This document shows, piece after piece, positions 30,743 to 41,295 of a DNA stretch of 64,000 nt. The notes under the pieces are model-generated. The model saw only the letters and a program-made list of their open reading frames with translations, searched no databases and was not told the origin of the DNA. Position numbers and translations under genes: made by a program. The first letter of the stretch is position 1. The number at the start of each line of letters is the position of its first letter. Source of the stretch: Heteronotia binoei (lineage: Eukaryota); contig NC_083226.1 in the NCBI RefSeq assembly GCF_032191835.1, positions 9,796,001 through 9,860,000 of the forward strand, in the 5' to 3' direction.

Positions 30743-31058
30743 GTAAGCATTCTGCTTTACATATTACCTCTTGACCCATAAATGCATTCTGAGTTTCAGT
30801 AGTGTTTTAAAAAGGCACTCACTCTATAGGCTTTCTAGATTGAAGTTAAAAGCGCCTAGCCCTTGCGCACAACAAGTTCCCGCGTTTATTTCTGACACCA
30901 TCAGTTAGAAAGTTCTCAAGTAGCAGGGCTGAGAAAGACCACCGCAGATGACTTGAGAGAACTGTGGAGGATTTTGGAAAAGACAGTAGACAAGAGATCA
31001 ATGGACTGACTTAAGGATGAATTCAGAGTGCTTTGGGCAACCATTGATTTGTTCAGCA

Positions 31059-33085
31059 GAGAGCCAGTTTGGTGTAGTGGTTAAGTGTACAGACTCTTAT
31101 CTGGGAGAACCAGCTTTGATTCCCCACTCCTCCACTTGCAGCTGCTGGAATGGCCTTAGGTCAGCCATAGCCCTGGCAGAGGTTGTCCTTGAAAGGGCAG
31201 CTGCTGTGAAAGTCCTCTCAGCCCCACCCACCTCACAGGGTGCCTGTTGTGGGGGAGGAAGGGAGAGGAGATTGTGAGCCACTCTGAGACTCTGTCCTTG
31301 AAAGGGCAGCTGCTGTGAGAGCCCTCTCCAGCCCCACCGACCTCACAGGGTGTCTGTTGTGGGGGAGGAAGGTGAAGGAGATTGTAGGCCATTCTGAGAC
31401 TCTGTCCTTGAAAGAGCAGCTGCTGTGAGAGCCCTCTCAGCCCCACCCACCTCACAGGGTGTCTGCTGTGGGGGGGGGGAGGTAAAGGAGATTATAGGCC
31501 GCTCTGAGACTCTGTCCTTGAAAGGGCAGCTGCTGTGAGAGCCCTCTCAGCCCCACCCACCTCACAGGGTGTCTGTTGTGGGGGAGGAAGGTAAGGGAGA
31601 TTGTAGGTCGCTCTGAGACTCTGTCCTTGAAGGGGCAGCTGCTGTGAGAGCCCTCTCCAGCCCCACCAACCTCACAGGGTGTCTGTTGTTGGGGAGGAAT
31701 GGAAAGGAGATTGTAGGCCGCTCTGAGACTCTGTCCTTGAAAGGGCAGCTGCTGTGAGAGCCCTCTCAGCCCCACTGACCTCACAGGGTGTCTGTTGTGG
31801 GGGGGGAAGGTAAAGGAGATTGTAGGCCGCTTTGAGACTCTGTCCTTGAAAGGGCAGCTGCTGTGAGAGCCCTCTCAGCCCCACCCACCTCACAGGGTGT
31901 CTGCTGTGGGGGGGGAAGGTAAAGGAGATTATAGGCCGCTCTGAGACTCTGTCCTTGAAAGGGCAGCTGCTGTGAGAGCCCTCTCAGCCCCACCGACCTC
32001 ACAGGGTGTCTGTTGTGGGGGAGGAAGGTAAAGGAGATTGTAGGCCGCTCTGAGACTCTGTCCTTGAAAGGGCAGCTGCTGTGAGAGCCCTCTCAGCCCC
32101 ACCCACCTCACAGCGTGTCTGTTGTGGGGGAGGAAGGTAAAGGAGATTGTAGGCTGCTGTGAGACTCTGTCCTTGAAAGGGCAGCTGCTGTGAGAGCCCT
32201 CTCAGCCCCACCCACCTCACAGCGTGTCTGTTGTGGGGGAGGAAGGTAAAGGAGATTGTAGGCCGCTCTGAGACTCTGTCCTTGAAGGGGCAGCTGCTGT
32301 GAGAGCCCTCTCAGCCCCACCCACCTCACAGCATGTCTGTTGTGGGGGAGGAAGGTAAAGGAGATTGTAGGCTGCTGTGAGACTCTGTCCTTGAAAGGGC
32401 AGCTGCTGTGAGAGCCCTCTCAACCCCACCAACCTCATAGGGTGCCTGTTGTGGGGGAGGAAGGTAAAGGAGATTGTGAGCCGCTCTGAGACTCTGTCCT
32501 TGAAAGGGCAGCTGCTGTGAGAGCCCTATCAGCCCCACCCACCTCATAGGGTGTCTGTTGCGGGGAAGGAAGGTAAAGGAGATTGTGAGCCGCTCTGAGA
32601 CTCTGTCCTTGAAAGGGCAGCTGCTGTGAGAGCCCTATCAGCCCCACCTACCTCACAGGGTGTCTGTTGTGGGGGAGGAAGGTAAAGGAGATTGTAGGCC
32701 ACTCTGAGATTCTGTCCTTGAAAAGGCAGCTGCTGTGAGAGCCCTCTTAGCCCCTCCCACCTCACAGGGTGTCTGTTGTGGGGGAGGAAGGTAAAAGAGA
32801 TTGTAGGCCTCTGTGAGGCTCTGTCCTTGAAAGGGCAGCTGCTGTGAGAGCCCTCTTAGCCCCTCCCACCTCACAGGGTGTCTGTTTTGGGGGAGGAAGG
32901 GAAAGGAGATTGTAGGCCTCTGTGAGGCTCTGTCCTTGAAAGGGCAGCTGCTGTGAGAGCCCTCTCAGCCCCGCCTACCTCACAGGGTGTCTGTTGTAGG
33001 GGAGGAAGGGAAAGGAGATTGTGAGCCGCTGTGAGACTCTTCAAAGTGGACGGCGGGATATATATCCAATATCTTCTTCTTCTTC
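31059..33085 (+). repeat. tRNA-derived SINE with internal ~109-bp minisatellite (~17 units)
   Basis: Single SINE head (ggtgtagtggttaag...ttgattcccc) and single tail (ggatatatatccaatatcttcttcttc) bracket 17 gtccttgaa-containing units; the ORF track shows 109-bp periodicity. Confidence 0.92.
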
Positions 33086-33236
33086 AAATCTCTGGTTAAT
33101 AGTCCAGATTATGACAGGAGATGATTTCCATTGTGGGGCATCTCAGTGCATTTGAATTATATACGCATTGGGATCTTGAAGATGGTGAGATCCATGCTTA
33201 GCTGAAGGCGAAGTACTATGTGTGATTTTTAAAAAG

Positions 33237-33508
33237 GGCCGATTTCGCACTCACCTTTCGCCACTCTCACGTCCGTCTTCTCAGCGCAGCATCCTCCCAA
33301 TTTCCCCGCTGTTTTCATCAGGGCTGCCGCAAACATTGCCGTTTTCGCACAGCAAAGGGAAACTGGTTTTTAGCGGTTTCAATTTGCTGCGTGAAAACTG
33401 CGTCCACAATGTTTGCTGCAGCCCTGGCGCAAATAGTGGGAAATCGGGAGGACGCCGCGTTGCGAAGACGAATGTGGGAACGGCGTAAGGGTGAATGAGA
33501 AATCGGTC
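33237..33508. mobile_element. Palindromic MITE (PIF/Harbinger-like)
   Basis: TIR ggccgatttcgc / gagaaatcggtc, 3-bp TSD AAG. Confidence 0.75.
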
Positions 33509-34059
33509 AAGAAGGTCACAGTTCTGAGGGATCAAGTGGAGAGGGAGAAAGATATAAAGGGAGTGAGGGTTATTTGGGAAAGAGTTATTCTGGCCCTGCG
33601 GCACTGGGTACAACCCACGTTGTCCTCATGGCAATCTTCTGCATGCAGAAGTGCCTTTTAATCTCCGCTTACATTTTTCTTTGCCTGTGCATAAGCAAAG
33701 CACATATAACAAAGGTTATCATAAAGCTGCAGTGCTCAGTCCTCTAAAAGGAACAAAACCTGCCGACAATGACCCACTAGACAGGGAAACATGGCATGCC
33801 ACGCTATGGGCTCTACAATAGTCATTTGTTTGCAGCATTTCCACGGTGATTTGCTACCATAATGGCTCTTCCATGACTTCACAACATAAATCAACAATGC
33901 TAACGCTTGTAAGCCATATTAAATATGGAACAAGCGTTTTGCAGAAGAGAACTTCAAGCAAGCCTACTAGTGGTGCCCAGTGGAGAGTTCTGTTCCTTCC
34001 AAATTATAACCAAAATCAAAGGTTTCAGGTTTTCACGGCTGGTAACATCATTAGGGTTT

Positions 34060-34256
34060 GTAGAATCTTTCGGGCTCAAGTGCCGTGTTCTACGGGAGAA
34101 AGTTTTCCTTCCAGACGTTTCGTTCTCAGCTGCGGAGAACATCCTCAGTGGCGTTGCAGCCGGAGCAGGCGCTCTGACCTTCTTGGCTGCTGTGCGTTGA
34201 GTGGGGCCTCCAGCCTAGAAATAGCAGCTCTCCAGCAGCCCTGGCCCCACTCAACA
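34060..34256 (-). mobile_element. Penelope-like terminal-repeat fragment with a short inverted 5' segment
   Basis: 34060-34208 is the reverse complement of ~41140-41290; 34209-34255 matches 41104-41149 in direct orientation. Confidence 0.75.
34111..34151 (-). ncRNA. Minimal type I hammerhead ribozyme, intact core, GUC cleavage triplet
   Basis: Minus strand: cca CTGAGGA t gttctc cgcagct gagaac GAAA cg T C tgg. Confidence 0.8.
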
Positions 34257-34284
34257 CCTTGGAGGAGTCATCTGTGATTTTGGA

Positions 34285-35130
34285 ATAGGGCATCTTCAAT
34301 ATGCTGATGACACCCAGCTGTGAACCGCTGCCTGCCAGCTGCAGTGGAAAGATTATGTGAGTAAAGAAACAAACTGAATCCTGACAAGATGGCGGTGGTG
34401 TAGGCTGGGAAGGCCAAGAACCTGAAGGACACGATGCTTCCCCCCCACCACTTTTGATGAGGTCCAGTTGACTCTCGTTGACTCAGTTAATTGCCTCAGA
34501 ATGACACTTAATCCCAGCTTTGTTGCTGGAGAAGCAAGCTAATGCAGTCACAAAAGAGGCATTCTGTCAGCTCAGCTCAGGACCCTCAGTTTGGCTGATC
34601 TGGCCACATGGAGCCATGCTCCGGTTACCCAGGCCAGATTACTGTACCCTCCAGTCGGTACAGAGAGCCATAACTTGGGTAATGTCAGGTGCAAAACAGA
34701 ATCTGGATATCATTCCTATTCTGCAGATGTTGCATTGGTTGCTGATCAGGGACTGGGTTCGATTCAAGATCCCAGTCTTCACCTGCAAGGCCCTTCATGC
34801 CCTCGTAGGACTACCCACCCTCCCACTGTGTTCTGCTACAACAGCTCCTCTTTTTCAAAAAAGTGCCGCCTTGAAAACAGGTAAAATTGGCAAGTCTGAG
34901 GTGGGTCCCTCACGGACTGGTCTGCCTTCTTCTGTCTTCGCCCTCTTCTATCACTGCAAAATGTGCAAAATGGAATTCTTCAGGAAGCCATTCTGGCAGA
35001 GAAAGCCCAGCTGTGACACAAAGGATCAGCTCGGGAGGTGACCTCTATTCGAGAGAACATTTTTGTCCACTGTTTCGTTGCTGTATTTTTGCTCCCATTG
35101 CCCCCCCGCCCCAATTGTTCAATTACTTGA
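34285..35130 (+). mobile_element. Degenerate L2 LINE RT/3' fragment
   Basis: catcttcaatatgctgatgacacccagct (YADDTQL) and LQMLHWLLIRDWVRFKIPVFTCKALH. Confidence 0.75.
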
Positions 35131-35184
35131 AAATTTTGCTGTTAGATTCAGATGTTATCAGATTTTGTAATGGGCTTGCTGACT

Positions 35185-36308
35185 GAATCGTTTTTGGTGT
35201 AGTGGTTATTTGTGCGGACTCTTATCTGGGAGAACTGGGTTTGATTCCCCACTCCTCCACTTGCAGCTGCTGGGATGGCCTTGGGTCAGCCATAGCTCTG
35301 GCAGAGGCTGTCCTTGAAAGGGCAGCTGCTGTGAGAGCCCTCTCCAGCCCCACCCACCTCACAGGGTGTCTGTTGTGGGGGAGGAAGGGAAAAGAGATTG
35401 TAGGCTGCTCTGAGACTCTGTCCTTGAAGGGGCAGCTGCTGTGAGAGCCCTCTCCAGCCCCACCCACCTCACAGGGTATCTGTTGTGGGGGAGGAAGGGA
35501 AAGGAGATTGTAGGCTGCTCTGAGACTCTGTCCTTGAAAGGGCAGCTACTGTGAGAGCCCTCACCTCACAGGGTGTCTGTTGTGGGGGAGGAAGGTAAAG
35601 GAGATTGTGAGCCACTCTGAGACTCTGTCCTTGAAAGGGCAGCTACTGTGAGAGCCCTCTCCATCCCCACCCACCCCTCAGGGTGTCTGTTGTGGGGGAG
35701 GAAGGTAAAGGAGATTGTGAGCCGCTCTGAGACTCTGTCCTTGAAAGGGCAACTGCTGTGAGAGCCCTCTCAGCCTCACCCACCTCACAGGATTTCTATT
35801 GTAGGGGAGGGAGATAAAGGAGATTGTAAGCAGCTCTGAGACTCTGTCCTTGAAAGGGCAGCTGCTATGAGAGCCTTCTCAGCCCCGCCCACCTCACAGG
35901 GCGCCTGTTGTGGGGGAGGAAGGGAAAGGAGATTGTGAGCCGCTCTGAGACTCTTCGGAGTGGAGGGCGGGATATAAATCCAATATCTTCATCTACCTCA
36001 CAGGGTGTCTGTTGTGGGGGAGGAAGGTAAAGGAGATTGTGAGCCGCTCTGAGACTCTTCGGAGTGGAGGGCGGGATATAAATCCAATATCTTCATTTAC
36101 CTCACAGGTTGTGGGGGAGGAAGGGAAAGGAGATTGTGAGCCCCTCTGAGACTCTTCGGAGTGGAGGGTGGGATATAAATCCAATATCTTCTTCTACCTC
36201 ACAGGGTGCCTGTTGTGGGGGAGGAAGGTAAAGGAGATTGTGAGCCGCTCTGAGACTCTTCGAAGTGGAGGGCGGGATATAAATTCAATATCTTCTTCTT
36301 CTTCTTCT
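35185..36308 (+). repeat. Same tRNA-SINE with ~6 internal units followed by ~4 tail-containing units
   Basis: Head at 35185; gtccttgaa units to ~35950; ctcttcggagtggagggcgggatataaat repeated at ~35952, 36056, 36152 and 36257. Confidence 0.88.
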
Positions 36309-36500
36309 GATGCTGGGAAAGACAGAAGGCAAAAGAAGAAGGTGACAGCAAAAGATGAGATGGCTGGACAGTGTTACTGATGTAACAAACATGAATTTGA
36401 GCAGATTTCGGAGAATGGTGGAAGACAGGAGGGCCTGGCGTGACTTTGTTCATGGGGTCACAAAGAGTTGGACTCGACTGTGTGACTGAACAACAACAAA
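36309..36500 (+). mobile_element. RTE-BovB LINE 3' end
   Basis: MLGKTEGKRRR..QKMRWLDSVTDVTNMNLSRFRRMVEDRRAWRDFVHGVTKSWTRLCD* followed by a (CAA)n tail. Confidence 0.85.
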
Positions 36501-37025
36501 TTTGTGAGTTTCCTGCACTGTTCAGAGGGTTGGACTAGATGATCCTGGAGGTCCCTTCCAGCTCTATGATTCTGTGATTCTATTTATATCCCACCTATTC
36601 CAAATGGACTCAGTGTGGCTCTATCAGCGTATGCTAAAGTTGGGATTTTTTCCAAGGTGGGTCACTTTTGACTTACACTGAATGCTATTAGCCACATTTA
36701 GAGAGATCCTTCTTGAGCCTTGGTTTCCGCCATCTGGAAATTTTTTGTGTCATCTGCAAACATAACCACTTCACTGCTCCCCCCCTCCCCTTTCCAGGTC
36801 ATTTATGAACAAATTCAGTGGCACAAGTCCCAACACTGATCCTTGTGGGACTCTGCTGCACACTTCTCTCTGTTGCGAGAACTGCCCATTTATTCCTACT
36901 CTCTGCTTCCGGTCATTTAACCAAATTCTAATCCATAAAATGACACAATCTCATATCCCGTGACTGTAGAATTTACTCAGGAGTCTTTAGTGAAGAACCC
37001 TGTCAAAAGTCTTTTGAAAGTCTAT
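36501..37025. mobile_element. CR1 3' end (+, 36501-36585) and CR1 RT fragments (-, ~36700-37025)
   Basis: gattctgtgattctat tail; minus strand IDFQKTFDRV and FADD-like motifs. Confidence 0.65.
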
Positions 37026-37229
37026 AATCAGAGGTGTGCACTTGGATATACCTGGGGAAGCCACAAGCTTCAGAAAGCCAAGGGCGTTGCCAACTTTCCT
37101 GGAAAATGGGTAAGTGCCACTTCTGGAAATCATGCTCAGAAAAGCCAGACTGATTATCATGAATATAAGGTTCCTGTTGACGGGAACTGTCGATAAGAGT
37201 ATAATCGTTTCGTTCCAGGCTCTACAACA

Positions 37230-38174
37230 ATGAAACAAGAAAATAACAGTGTGGTGACAGAATTCATCTTCATTGGATTTTCCAATTTCCCAGACCTGCA
37301 GGTGCCACTGTTTGTGGTGTTCACCGTCATGTACTTGGCTATTTGGGTTGGAAATGTCATCATCGTCACAACAATAAGGCGCGAGTCCAGCCTCCACATC
37401 CCCATGTACTTCTTCCTTGCCGTTCTCTCCAGTTCAGAAATCTGCTACACTCTAATGATTATCCCAAATATGCTTGCAAATCTTCTAAGGAAAAAAGCAA
37501 GTATTTCTTTCACCGGCTGTGCTACTCAGATGTATATGTTCTTGGCCTTTGGAGACACAAACTGTCTGCTTCTTACAATGATGGGGTATGACCGATACGT
37601 GTCCATATGTAAACCTTTACATTATCCGATTCTGATGAATCAGAGATTCTGTACTAAACTAGTTGTCTTTTCAGTAGCATCTGGTTTTCTTTTATCTGCT
37701 CCGCAGACCTACTTCATATTTAGCTTGCCGTTCTGTGGGCCGAATAAAATCCATCACTTCTTTTGTGATTTAGCACCTTTACTTCAGCTGGCCTGTGACC
37801 GAAATTATATAGGGGAAATTGTCCTGTTTGTTATTAGTATTTTGGTGGTCTTCTGCTCATTTCTTCTTATCCTTCTGTCATATCTTTTAATCTTAAGTGC
37901 AATCCTGAAAATCCCCACCACAGACGGGAAGCACAAAGCCTTTTCGACTTGCGCCTCCCATCTCATTGTGGTGGTGGTGCACTTTGGATGCGCTTCCATT
38001 ATTTACCTGAGGCCCCAATCCAGGTACACTTTGAATGCAGACATATTCATCTCTGTCTCATACACACTGGTGACTCCATTGTTGAATCCTGTGGTTTATA
38101 CCCTGAGGAACAAGGATGTCAAAATAGCTCTCAGGAAATCCCTGGGCAGAAGGAAATTCTCCTGGAAGATCTGA
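37230..38174 (+). CDS. Olfactory receptor, class II, OR10-family-like (OR-d), main exon 314 aa (326 aa if spliced)
   Basis: OR motifs (NNS, PMYFFL, MGYDRY, KAFSTCASHL, PLLNPVVY); acceptor ttcgttccAG 37217-37218. Confidence 0.95.
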   Translation: MKQENNSVVTEFIFIGFSNFPDLQVPLFVVFTVMYLAIWVGNVIIVTTIRRESSLHIPMYFFLAVLSSSEICYTLMIIPNMLANLLRKKASISFTGCATQMYMFLAFGDTNCLLLTMMGYDRYVSICKPLHYPILMNQRFCTKLVVFSVASGFLLSAPQTYFIFSLPFCGPNKIHHFFCDLAPLLQLACDRNYIGEIVLFVISILVVFCSFLLILLSYLLILSAILKIPTTDGKHKAFSTCASHLIVVVVHFGCASIIYLRPQSRYTLNADIFISVSYTLVTPLLNPVVYTLRNKDVKIALRKSLGRRKFSWKI

Positions 38175-38239
38175 CAAGCACTTATGGATGATGAAACAAT
38201 CATGCCATACATATTATTTTAGTGGGAAGCAAATAATCT

Positions 38240-38520
38240 CAGAGTTGGAAGGGACCTCTAGGGTCATCTTGTCCAACTCCCTGCACAATGCAGGAAACTC
38301 ACAAACACCTCCCCCCTAAATTCACAGAATCTTCATCGCTGTCAGATGACCATCTAGCCTCTGTTTAAAAACCTCCAAGGAAGGAGAGCCCACCACCTCC
38401 TGAGGAAGCCTGTTCTACTGAAGAATCGCTCTAACGGTCAGGAAGTTCTTCCTGATGTTGAGTTGGAAACTCTTTTGATTTAATTTCAACCCATTGCTTC
38501 TGGGTCCTAACTTCCGGGGC
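38240..38520 (-). mobile_element. CR1 LINE 3' fragment
   Basis: agagttggaagggacctctagggtcatcttgtccaac...aggaagttcttcctgatgttg. Confidence 0.85.
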
Positions 38521-40909
38521 CACAAGGAAGTTTGGCTGCTTCCACACAAGTTGTTTTGTCAGTATGGTCAATAGTTACAAGGATGAGCTACAGTTAAGAA
38601 AGAACAAAGTCTGAGTCCCCACCTTTAGAACCAACAGAGTTTTATTCAAGGTATAAGGCAGGGGTGACCAAACTGTGGCTCAGGAGCCACATGTGGCTCT
38701 TTCACACATATTGTGTGGCTCCTGGATGTTGAGGGGGAACTTAAATGCACTCTCAAGTAAGTGTGCTTAGCATTGGGACCTCAGTCTGCCTCTGAGTGCT
38801 GACCCTTAGGTAGGTGGCTGTTTCTGGCATGTGTGACGTGAGAAAGGAGGAAGAAATAGACAGGCTTGCAAGCTCTTCTCCATCAAAAAGGTCACCCAGG
38901 GACCTAGAACGGGGAAAGAAAGCGCAAGAGCTGAGGGAACCACTGAAAGAAGGGATGGAATTAAAGAGTGCTGGGCAGGGTTCCCCCTTAGTTTCATAGC
39001 TCTTGTAGGAGCTGACTTTCCTAACCTTGGTGTCAAGGCAAAGAAAGGTGCATAATGATGCAAACAGTGGTCAATGATTTATATGGTACATGTGTATTTC
39101 CTTCTCCCACTGGTGCCAAAAAATAATTCCCTAACCCTTCCCTGTGCGGGTCTTAGAGTGACTGTTATTCCCAGCTTTTGTTTTTAAAAAATCTCCTTCT
39201 AGCATGATTGTGTTGTAAAGTGCATGCATATGTGCTTTATCTTTCTGTGCAAAGACAATATTAAGAGTTTTAACAAAGATGCCTATGTAATCCTCGTTCA
39301 TGTCTTGTGGCTCTCAAACATCTGATGTTTATACTATGTGGCTCTTACGTTAAACAAGTTTTGCCACCCCGGTAAAACGTTTGTATGCATGAGCACTCAG
39401 GACCAGCTCTGCCACTAGAAAAACTAGGCAATTCCCTAGTGTGCTGGCCTTTTGGGGGTACCATATTTTTTTGGGGGGGGGGAGCGCCAGAAGTTAACCT
39501 TGCCTAGGCTGTCAGATGGTCTAGGGCCGGCACACTTCTTCAGATACAATGAAATGGAAGATACCAATCAATACATATCAGCGGTGAGTGACCGGTAAAT
39601 TAGCACACAACACAATTAAGATGTTTAACAGACTCGAGGACCAAAGAAGCAATAACTAGCTTAGTTTATATGGTTACCCATTTGCAGTATCTTCGTAATA
39701 TCTATCTACCGGTAAGTTATAATGTGTCTGGGAGTAGTGATATTTTAGTTTAAATTAAGGAAAAAAGATTTCTGATTTAAAAGCTGGATTGAGAGAAAGC
39801 ATTATCTCATCCCTGAAATCTTGAGTAGTAAAAGATAAAGGTGTTTATAAAAATTCTGGCTTGCCCTGTGGGACAAGGAAGTGTGGTTGATTCCACATTA
39901 AGCTTTATCTCAGAGTGGTAGAGTTACAGAGGAGGATATAGTTGAGATAGACTTAATGTCTGAAAGAAAGCCTCTCTGCCTCCTGGTGACATCTGGGAAG
40001 AAGTTGTTGATTATGGTTTTTCAGATGGCAGCTGGAGTAGCTGCAGTTAGGACTTCTAGGCCCAAGTTGTATATATGTGCATAAAATTAGCTTAGGTCCT
40101 TCAAAAGTAACTGGTGTCAGTTCTTTGCTGTCAGGCAATGTTTCATTGAAGTTATTGATGCTTTCTGATCATGTTTATTCTATGCTTACTAACCCCATTG
40201 CTGAATAAAATATTGTGCCACTAATACCTGTGCCCTGCAAGAGAAGGAGGAGGGGTGGGAATGGAAGTTGCCAGAACTCCAAAGGCCAGCAAAGCCTTTG
40301 AAGTGCAGAGCACAAAGCTCGCCTCTCTGGCGCCTCCAGAGCGAAGCAAGGACATCACCAGGGGGGAGAATGTAACCATCACCGGTAACAGATAAGCAGG
40401 CACGTGAAGGCGTTACTTGCAGGGCCAAATGTAGTTTTATTATGAGAAGTGATTTAAAGCCCAAGCCTTTGAAGTGTATTCATAAATGCCAATGGTTCCA
40501 GCTATCCGTTATCAGTTTCAATGAATCCATGTAGAGAGTAACATTGTTGTAATCAATAAATGAAACTTAGTTTTTAAACAAAGACAAGTCTGATCATTTT
40601 GAAACTTCAATGAACCCTTTGCTGACATTTGCAGAACCTGGAGAATCTTCCTACATCGTTTATTTAGAGGGTTCTTATAAAGACTCCTGGCACTACTTGC
40701 ACCAAACCATTGCAAGCCCAGACTTTTCTGTGTGGTTCTCTAATGCCCCCCCCCCTGAGCTGTTTTATAGTAATTGTATTGACTTTTAATGTAATGACAC
40801 ATTTTCTTAAGCTTGTACAGTGTGGAGAAATGCCCTTCACCCTAGAGATCACATTTATATTTCAGTCATTGGGTTTACTCTCTGTATCCATGTTACTTTT
40901 ACATGAGTC

Positions 40910-41295
40910 CCTCTGAAAATCTGTGGTTGGAAGAGAGGAAAGTTACAAGAAGGGATGGTTCATGTTCATCCATCGTCCAAGTACTCCGTACTTCAGCACT
41001 TCCAAATGCAAATGGAAGGCACAAAAGAAGAACACTACCCTTCCAGGAAGCCCCACCAAACAACGGGCACATCCACAAACCAATTGCCCTTTCATCACAC
41101 CCCCTCCAGCCTAGAAATAGCAGCTCTCCAGCAGCCCTGGCCCCACTCAATGCACAGCAGCCAAGAAGGTCTGAGTGCCTGCTCCGGCTGCAGCGCCACT
41201 GAGGATGTTCTCCGCAGCTGAGAACGAAACGTCTGGAAGGAAAACTTTCTCCAGTAGAACACGGCACTTGATCCCGAAAGACTCTACAAACCCTA
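40910..41295 (+). mobile_element. Penelope-like element 3' region (degenerate GIY-YIG tail plus terminal repeat)
   Basis: ENLWLEER resembles the ED.WFER motif; contains the hammerhead; homologous to 34060-34256. Confidence 0.7.
41196..41236 (+). ncRNA. Minimal type I hammerhead ribozyme, intact core, GUC cleavage after 41233
   Basis: cca CTGAGGA t gttctc cgcagct gagaac GAAA cg T C tgg: stem I cca/tgg, 6-bp stem II, palindromic ACGT stem III. Confidence 0.8.

Noticed and set aside
31059-33085. Possible CRISPR-like array, or the repeated 73-aa minus-strand ORFs
   Set aside because: Units are contiguous near-identical 109-mers with no unique spacers, inside a SINE; the ORFs are by-products of the repeat.
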